A DNA stretch of 64,000 nt, from assembly GCA_005772895.1 (NCBI GenBank), contig SXIH01000067.1, positions 13,163 through 77,162 on the forward strand. The letters run 5' to 3'. The first letter of the stretch is position 1. Every line of letters starts with the position of its first letter. Below, piece by piece: positions 59,410 through 64,000 of the stretch. The notes under the pieces are model-generated. The model saw nothing but the letters and a program-made list of their open reading frames with translations. It did no database searches and was not told where the DNA came from. Source of the DNA: Bacteroidota bacterium (GTDB taxonomy: Bacteria; Bacteroidota; Bacteroidia; 2-12-FULL-35-15). The position numbers and the translations under genes are program-made.

Positions 59410-61023
59410 CTATTTTTTATGTAATCGTTTTATTGTTTTGTCGATGTATTTTGTTGTTGGCAGTAATGATTGCTGTATCCGTTTGGCATAATAAATACTA
59501 TCCAAGATTTCTTTTTGTTTTTCTTCAATCATTTCTTTTGCTCTTTCTACTTTTTCTTTTTGTTTTGAAATAACAGAATGTGCATCTCTTTTAAGTTTGT
59601 AAATTCTAAAAATGTAAAATACCAGAATAAACAACACAAGAAAGCCGGCAATAAAACCATTACGTTGGTAGGACTTCTGTTTTGCGTCTGCTTCCTGAAT
59701 CTTAATTTCGTTATCTTTTAAAAGCAAGTCTTTATCTTTCTTTTCAGATTCATACTTGGCATTCATTTCATTAATCTGTTTGCTGTTTGTTTCTGTCATT
59801 ATGGAATCTTTCATGTCGCTATATTGCTTATGGAGCAAATAGGCATTCCTGGTATCTCCTTTTTTGAATAATATCTCAGCCAATAATGTATAGCTTTCAA
59901 TGATCATGTCTTTTGATCCGTACTTTTTACATAAATCAAATGAAATTCTTGCGGTATTTTCTGCTTCATTCAATTTTCCCATTTGAGAATAAATAACCGC
60001 GAGATTTTTGTAATTGATGGCTACACCTGAGGAATCGTTTGATTTAATATGAGCCTCTTTTGAACGATTAGAAAACTCTATTGCTTTCGTATAGTTTTGC
60101 ATCTGTGCATAAACATCACAAATGTTATTTGTAACTGAAGCAATACCTGCAATATCTCCGAGTTGTTCATGTACCTCTAACGCTTTCATTAAAAAAACCA
60201 AACATGTTTCATTGTTGCCAAACATGGAATAAGCTCCTGCAATATTATTCATTGTTGTGGCCTGAGCATTTTTATCTCCTAATTTTATTCTGATTTCAAG
60301 TGCTTTTTTAAGATTTTTAAATGCATTTAATGAATCTCCTCTATAAATAAAAAATATTCCCAAATTCTCTAAAGTGTTTCCTGCATTACTATAATCTTTT
60401 AACTCTTCCTGTATGAGCAAAGCCCTTTGATAGCAATCTAATTCTTTTTTATAGTCTCCGATTTCTCCATAAACCAAACCCATATTCATTAAGCCTGTTG
60501 CAATTGATTTTTTATCTTTTAATTGCTCAGAACATTTTTGGCTAATTGCATGATATTTCAAAGCATTTTCTTTGTCTCCCATTTTGTAATAACAATTGGC
60601 AGCGCCCGAAGAAAAAAAAGATTGTGCATTAATGTTATTTGTTTTACTAGCTTCCTCTAAGCCTGGAAGAAAAATATCAAGTGCTTTTTTTCTTTCTCCA
60701 TAATAATACAAAGTGAGAGCTTGATTATTGAGAGCACCAAAATATCCCTTTTGCCAGTCTAATTTGTTTGAAGCGTCTAATGCTTGTAATGCATAATACA
60801 TTGCTTTGTCTTTATCCGATTGCCGGTAGTTTTCGGATAGTTTATTATAAAGCCTTATTTGATTAGTATCTGCCTTGCTTTTTTTAACCTCTTGTAATAA
60901 TGAATCAATAATTTTAGTCCTTAAATTATTTTTTTGAGCAGAAGTGATAATTGAAAATAAAAGCAGACAACTAAGAAGAATGTTTTTTAGTTGTTCTGAC
61001 TTAATAAGTGAGTAGCTATTCAT
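59410..61023 (-). CDS. TPR-repeat, single-TM protein ending at the first motif of a PP2C/SpoIIE phosphatase domain; the catalytic domain is absent (likely truncated)
   Basis: Signal/TM, ~9 TPRs, TM (FIAGFLVLFILVFYIF), coiled coil, then ...ILDSIYYAKRIQQSLLP. The protein stops 20 residues later. No phosphatase-domain coding potential remains downstream in any frame. Confidence 0.5.
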   Translation of the reverse strand: MNSYSLIKSEQLKNILLSCLLLFSIITSAQKNNLRTKIIDSLLQEVKKSKADTNQIRLYNKLSENYRQSDKDKAMYYALQALDASNKLDWQKGYFGALNNQALTLYYYGERKKALDIFLPGLEEASKTNNINAQSFFSSGAANCYYKMGDKENALKYHAISQKCSEQLKDKKSIATGLMNMGLVYGEIGDYKKELDCYQRALLIQEELKDYSNAGNTLENLGIFFIYRGDSLNAFKNLKKALEIRIKLGDKNAQATTMNNIAGAYSMFGNNETCLVFLMKALEVHEQLGDIAGIASVTNNICDVYAQMQNYTKAIEFSNRSKEAHIKSNDSSGVAINYKNLAVIYSQMGKLNEAENTARISFDLCKKYGSKDMIIESYTLLAEILFKKGDTRNAYLLHKQYSDMKDSIMTETNSKQINEMNAKYESEKKDKDLLLKDNEIKIQEADAKQKSYQRNGFIAGFLVLFILVFYIFRIYKLKRDAHSVISKQKEKVERAKEMIEEKQKEILDSIYYAKRIQQSLLPTTKYIDKTIKRLHKK

Positions 61024-61052
61024 AACAATAAATATAAGACTATTTTATTGCT

Positions 61053-61388
61053 TTAAGAACCTTCTTGTATGGAAGGGCATTTGTGAGTTCCGTAAGTGCA
61101 AAAAACACAGCAGTCGCCTTCTTTAGGATGTAATTCAGCATTGCATTTCTCACAAGTGTATTTAAGTAAACAAACATCGGTAGGCATTTCTTCCATTTTT
61201 TTATGGCCACATTTCGGACAAGTAATTTCTGATTTGATGGATGTTTCGGATGTTTTTGTTGGATCTATCGGAACTGTAATACTGTCTGCGGTTTGTTTTT
61301 CATCAGGTGATTTTGATTCGGGATTGTTGCAACAAATCAAAAAAAATGTGCTGATTATAAAAATGGAGAGAGAAATTGTATTTGACAT
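61053..61388 (-). CDS. GDCCVxC-domain lipoprotein (putative metal-binding; zinc-ribbon CPKCGH...CEKC plus GDCCVFCTYGTHKCP)
   Basis: Lipoprotein signal (FLICC). C-terminal motif GDCCVFC.YG...CP matches the GDCCVxC (seleno)protein family pattern. Confidence 0.5.
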   Translation of the reverse strand: MSNTISLSIFIISTFFLICCNNPESKSPDEKQTADSITVPIDPTKTSETSIKSEITCPKCGHKKMEEMPTDVCLLKYTCEKCNAELHPKEGDCCVFCTYGTHKCPSIQEGS

Positions 61389-61505
61389 TGGTTTAATATT
61401 TTGCTACTTACTAATGTACAAAAAACATTCGTGAATAAAAAACGCCCTCCGGATGGAAGGCGTTGTCTTAAAACCATATTACTTTTTACCTAGTCACTTA
61501 GTCAC

Positions 61506-62774
61506 CTAGTAGTGTCCTCTAGCTTTAATGCCATATTCTACTTTTTTCAAAGCTGTAATGTATGCACCAATACGCATAGTGGTTTTATATTGTTGTCCGT
61601 TATTCCAAACGCTTTCGAAAGCAAGTGTCATTGATGCATCGTGTTTTGCATTTACTTCATCTTCTGACCAGTAATATCCTTGGTTATTTTGTACCCACTC
61701 GAAATAAGAAACTGTTACTCCGCCACCATTCGCTAAAATATCCGGAACCACAATAATTCCTTTTTCATTCAACACGTGGTCTGCTTCAGCTGTTGTTGGT
61801 CCGTTAGCTCCCTCAACAATTAATTTTGCTTTAATACTGTGAGCAATTTCTTCGGTGATAACATTTTGTAATGCTGCAGGAACTAAAACATCCACATTTG
61901 CTGTTAAAAGTTCAGCTGGTTTTATTTCTACACCACCTGTAAATCCTTTTAATACATTTCCATTTGCTTTAGCATAATCCAATGCTGCTTTAATATCAAT
62001 TCCTTTTTCGTTCCAAAGTGTTGCTGTATGGTCGCCTATTGCACAAATTTTAATTCCTTGTTCATACAAGAAACGTGCAGCGTGTGAACCTACATTTCCA
62101 AAACCTTGAACAGCACAAGTAACTTTTTTAGCATCCAAGTTCATTTTTTTCAAAGCAGCCATAGTTGCAACCATAACGCCACGACCTGTAGCTGCATCAC
62201 GACCTAATGAACCGCCTAAGCCAACCGGTTTACCAGTTGTAACCCCAGGGAAATTTCCACGGTGAACTTTGTTGTATGCTTCAACTAACCAAGCCATTTC
62301 TCTTCCGCTTGTTCCCATATCAGGAGCTGGAATATCTTTTGTTGGTCCAAAAACATCAGCCATTGCAACTGTATAAGCTTTTGTTAATCTTTCTAATTCT
62401 CCAACACTCATTTTGCGGGGATCGCATTTTATTCCACCTTTTCCACCACCATAAGGAAGGTTAGCAACAGCACATTTAAATGTCATCCAAGCAGAAAGGG
62501 CTTTTACTTCATCATCACAAACATCCATTGCATAACGGATTCCACCTTTTGATGGTCCTAATACAGTAGAGTGAACTGTTCTATATCCTTCAAAAACCTG
62601 TAATTTTCCATCGTCCATCATTACCGGAAGACTTACTTTTACTTGTTTCTGTGGATTTCTTAATACTGAGGTAACTTCATCTGATAAACCATAAATTTTT
62701 GCAGCCACGTCTAGTCGGGCAAGAACTGCATCAAACATACTGTCGTGACTTTCTACTGTTGTCTTAGTTGTCAT
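61506..62774 (-). CDS. gdhA: Glutamate dehydrogenase (Glu/Leu/Phe/Val dehydrogenase family)
   Basis: 422 aa. Catalytic Lys region GGGKGGIKCDP. Rossmann GFGNVGSHAA. Confidence 0.9.
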   Translation of the reverse strand: MTTKTTVESHDSMFDAVLARLDVAAKIYGLSDEVTSVLRNPQKQVKVSLPVMMDDGKLQVFEGYRTVHSTVLGPSKGGIRYAMDVCDDEVKALSAWMTFKCAVANLPYGGGKGGIKCDPRKMSVGELERLTKAYTVAMADVFGPTKDIPAPDMGTSGREMAWLVEAYNKVHRGNFPGVTTGKPVGLGGSLGRDAATGRGVMVATMAALKKMNLDAKKVTCAVQGFGNVGSHAARFLYEQGIKICAIGDHTATLWNEKGIDIKAALDYAKANGNVLKGFTGGVEIKPAELLTANVDVLVPAALQNVITEEIAHSIKAKLIVEGANGPTTAEADHVLNEKGIIVVPDILANGGGVTVSYFEWVQNNQGYYWSEDEVNAKHDASMTLAFESVWNNGQQYKTTMRIGAYITALKKVEYGIKARGHY

Positions 62775-62931
62775 AAATTTTTATGTTCGGTTCCTATTAA
62801 TCTTTAGAGAGTAGGAACGCATTAAAGTCTGCGAATTTAAGTAAAATTATAAACTATGGAAAATGTAATCGCTAAATCTCGTATTTACTTCGTTTAAAAG
62901 GATTTTTTTGCCCTTTTTTGTCATTTTACGA

Positions 62932-63753
62932 CTATAAATGATTAAAATACTGGGATAGGTATAAGTATGTGAAAACGAACGGGGTAGCCATTAATAAGCT
63001 GTCAAATCGGTCCAAAATACCACCATGTCCGGGTAATAATGTCCCCGAATCCTTCACATTCTTGCTTCTTTTATATAATGATTCAACCAAGTCGCCTAAA
63101 GTGCCAGCAACTATTAAAATTGCCGCTATAACCATCCAATCTATAATACTGAAATCGGTATACCATTTTGAGATAATAAATACTACAATATAGCTGGCAA
63201 TAGCTCCTCCGATACTTCCTTCCCATGATTTTCCCGGAGAAACTCTTGGGAATAGTTTTCTTTTCCCAAATGCTGAACCGGCTAAATATGCTCCCGAATC
63301 GTTACTCCACAAAATAAAGAAAAACCCAAATAATAGTTCGTAATTATATTTTCCTGTATAAGTAACTAAGTAGTTCAATAAAGAAAACGGAACAGCAACA
63401 TAAACGATTCCTAAAATGGTAAATGCAATATTTCTGAATGGATTTGCTGCTTTTGTATATAATTCAGAAATGAAAATGAAAAATACAATTGGAATGTTGA
63501 TGATCAATAAATGATAATCATACCCCATACAAACCAAAGATGTTGTTGCAAAAATACAGGCTCCGGTAATTGTTCCGATTATTTTTTGAGGCAGATTTTC
63601 TCCTTTTTCGGAAAGCGTATAAAATTCCCAAAGTCCTAAAACGGTAATGATAAAAAATAAAACAGAGAAGGAGAGTTGATTGTAATAAGTGCATCCTAAA
63701 AGAACTGCAACAAATGCACCTGCGGTAAGTGTACGTTTTAAAAAGTTGTTCAT
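62932..63753 (-). CDS. cdsA: Phosphatidate cytidylyltransferase
   Basis: 273 aa, multi-TM. C-terminal signature YKRSKNVKDSGTLLPGHGGILDRFDS. Confidence 0.85.
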   Translation of the reverse strand: MNNFLKRTLTAGAFVAVLLGCTYYNQLSFSVLFFIITVLGLWEFYTLSEKGENLPQKIIGTITGACIFATTSLVCMGYDYHLLIINIPIVFFIFISELYTKAANPFRNIAFTILGIVYVAVPFSLLNYLVTYTGKYNYELLFGFFFILWSNDSGAYLAGSAFGKRKLFPRVSPGKSWEGSIGGAIASYIVVFIISKWYTDFSIIDWMVIAAILIVAGTLGDLVESLYKRSKNVKDSGTLLPGHGGILDRFDSLLMATPFVFTYLYLSQYFNHL

Positions 63754-63770
63754 TTTAGTCGCATTATTGT

Positions 63771-64000
63771 TTACTCTACATGCACATCATCAATCAAAAA
63801 TACAAATAGCTCTTTTGGTCCGTGAGCACCTTGTACCAATGTTTTTTCAATGTCAGCAGTTTTACTCGGACCTGTAATTGTAGAAATCATAGAAGGCAAT
63901 TTGTCGCTATATTTTTCACGGATCAGTTTCAACCCATCTTTTATGTTTCCAACCAGCTGAGAGGTGTATGCAACCACAATGTGAAAATTAGCATATACGG
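63771..64000 (-). CDS. LUD-domain protein (LutC/YkgG-like), C-terminal part; N-terminus lies beyond the window
   Basis: C-terminus ...ITGPSKTADIEKTLVQGAHGPKELFVFLID resembles the conserved LutC C-terminal motif. Confidence 0.5.
   Translation of the reverse strand, partial: VYANFHIVVAYTSQLVGNIKDGLKLIREKYSDKLPSMISTITGPSKTADIEKTLVQGAHGPKELFVFLIDDVHVE

Overview
AT-rich (roughly mid-30s % GC) chromosomal segment that looks like Bacteroidota, most likely Flavobacteriia or Sphingobacteriia. This is inferred from the gene content: T9SS cargo proteins with type A and type B C-terminal sorting domains, a PorP/SprF partner, a giant SprB-repeat adhesin, a long-form YidC, a short-form Psd, MqnA, and several TonB-dependent receptors. 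Most of the window is ordinary housekeeping: hemE, hemW, pyrG, upp, psd, yidC, cdsA, gdh, apbC, rluB, wecB, lutA-like. The more notable regions are listed below.
1) An 8.6-kb gene (28071-36665) encodes a 2864-aa SprB-repeat gliding/T9SS type-B adhesin. Its PorP/SprF partner gene follows 1 bp downstream.
2) A compact co-directional cassette (6059-11392) runs wecB, CE4-like, AAC(3)-like acetyltransferase, CE4-like, FemAB-like acyltransferase. It looks like an undescribed amino-sugar N-deacetylation/re-acylation module.
3) A ~3.3-kb accessory patch (39086-42347) contains two inward-facing tRNA 3'-end fragments. It also has exact 22-bp inverted repeats, a small ORF, a DDE/rve transposase, and a HigA-like-HTH/AbiEii nucleotidyltransferase pair.
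4) A divergent intergenic region (54396-54809) holds ~84-bp tandem hairpin repeats bounded by 15-bp inverted repeats.
5) Several families of short palindromic REP-like elements recur (around pyrG; at 51.8 kb; GC-rich hairpins at 1.7, 5.3 and 43.9 kb).
6) A TPR-TM protein ends right at the start of a PP2C/SpoIIE motif, so it is probably truncated.
No rRNA, intact tRNA or CRISPR array is detectable.
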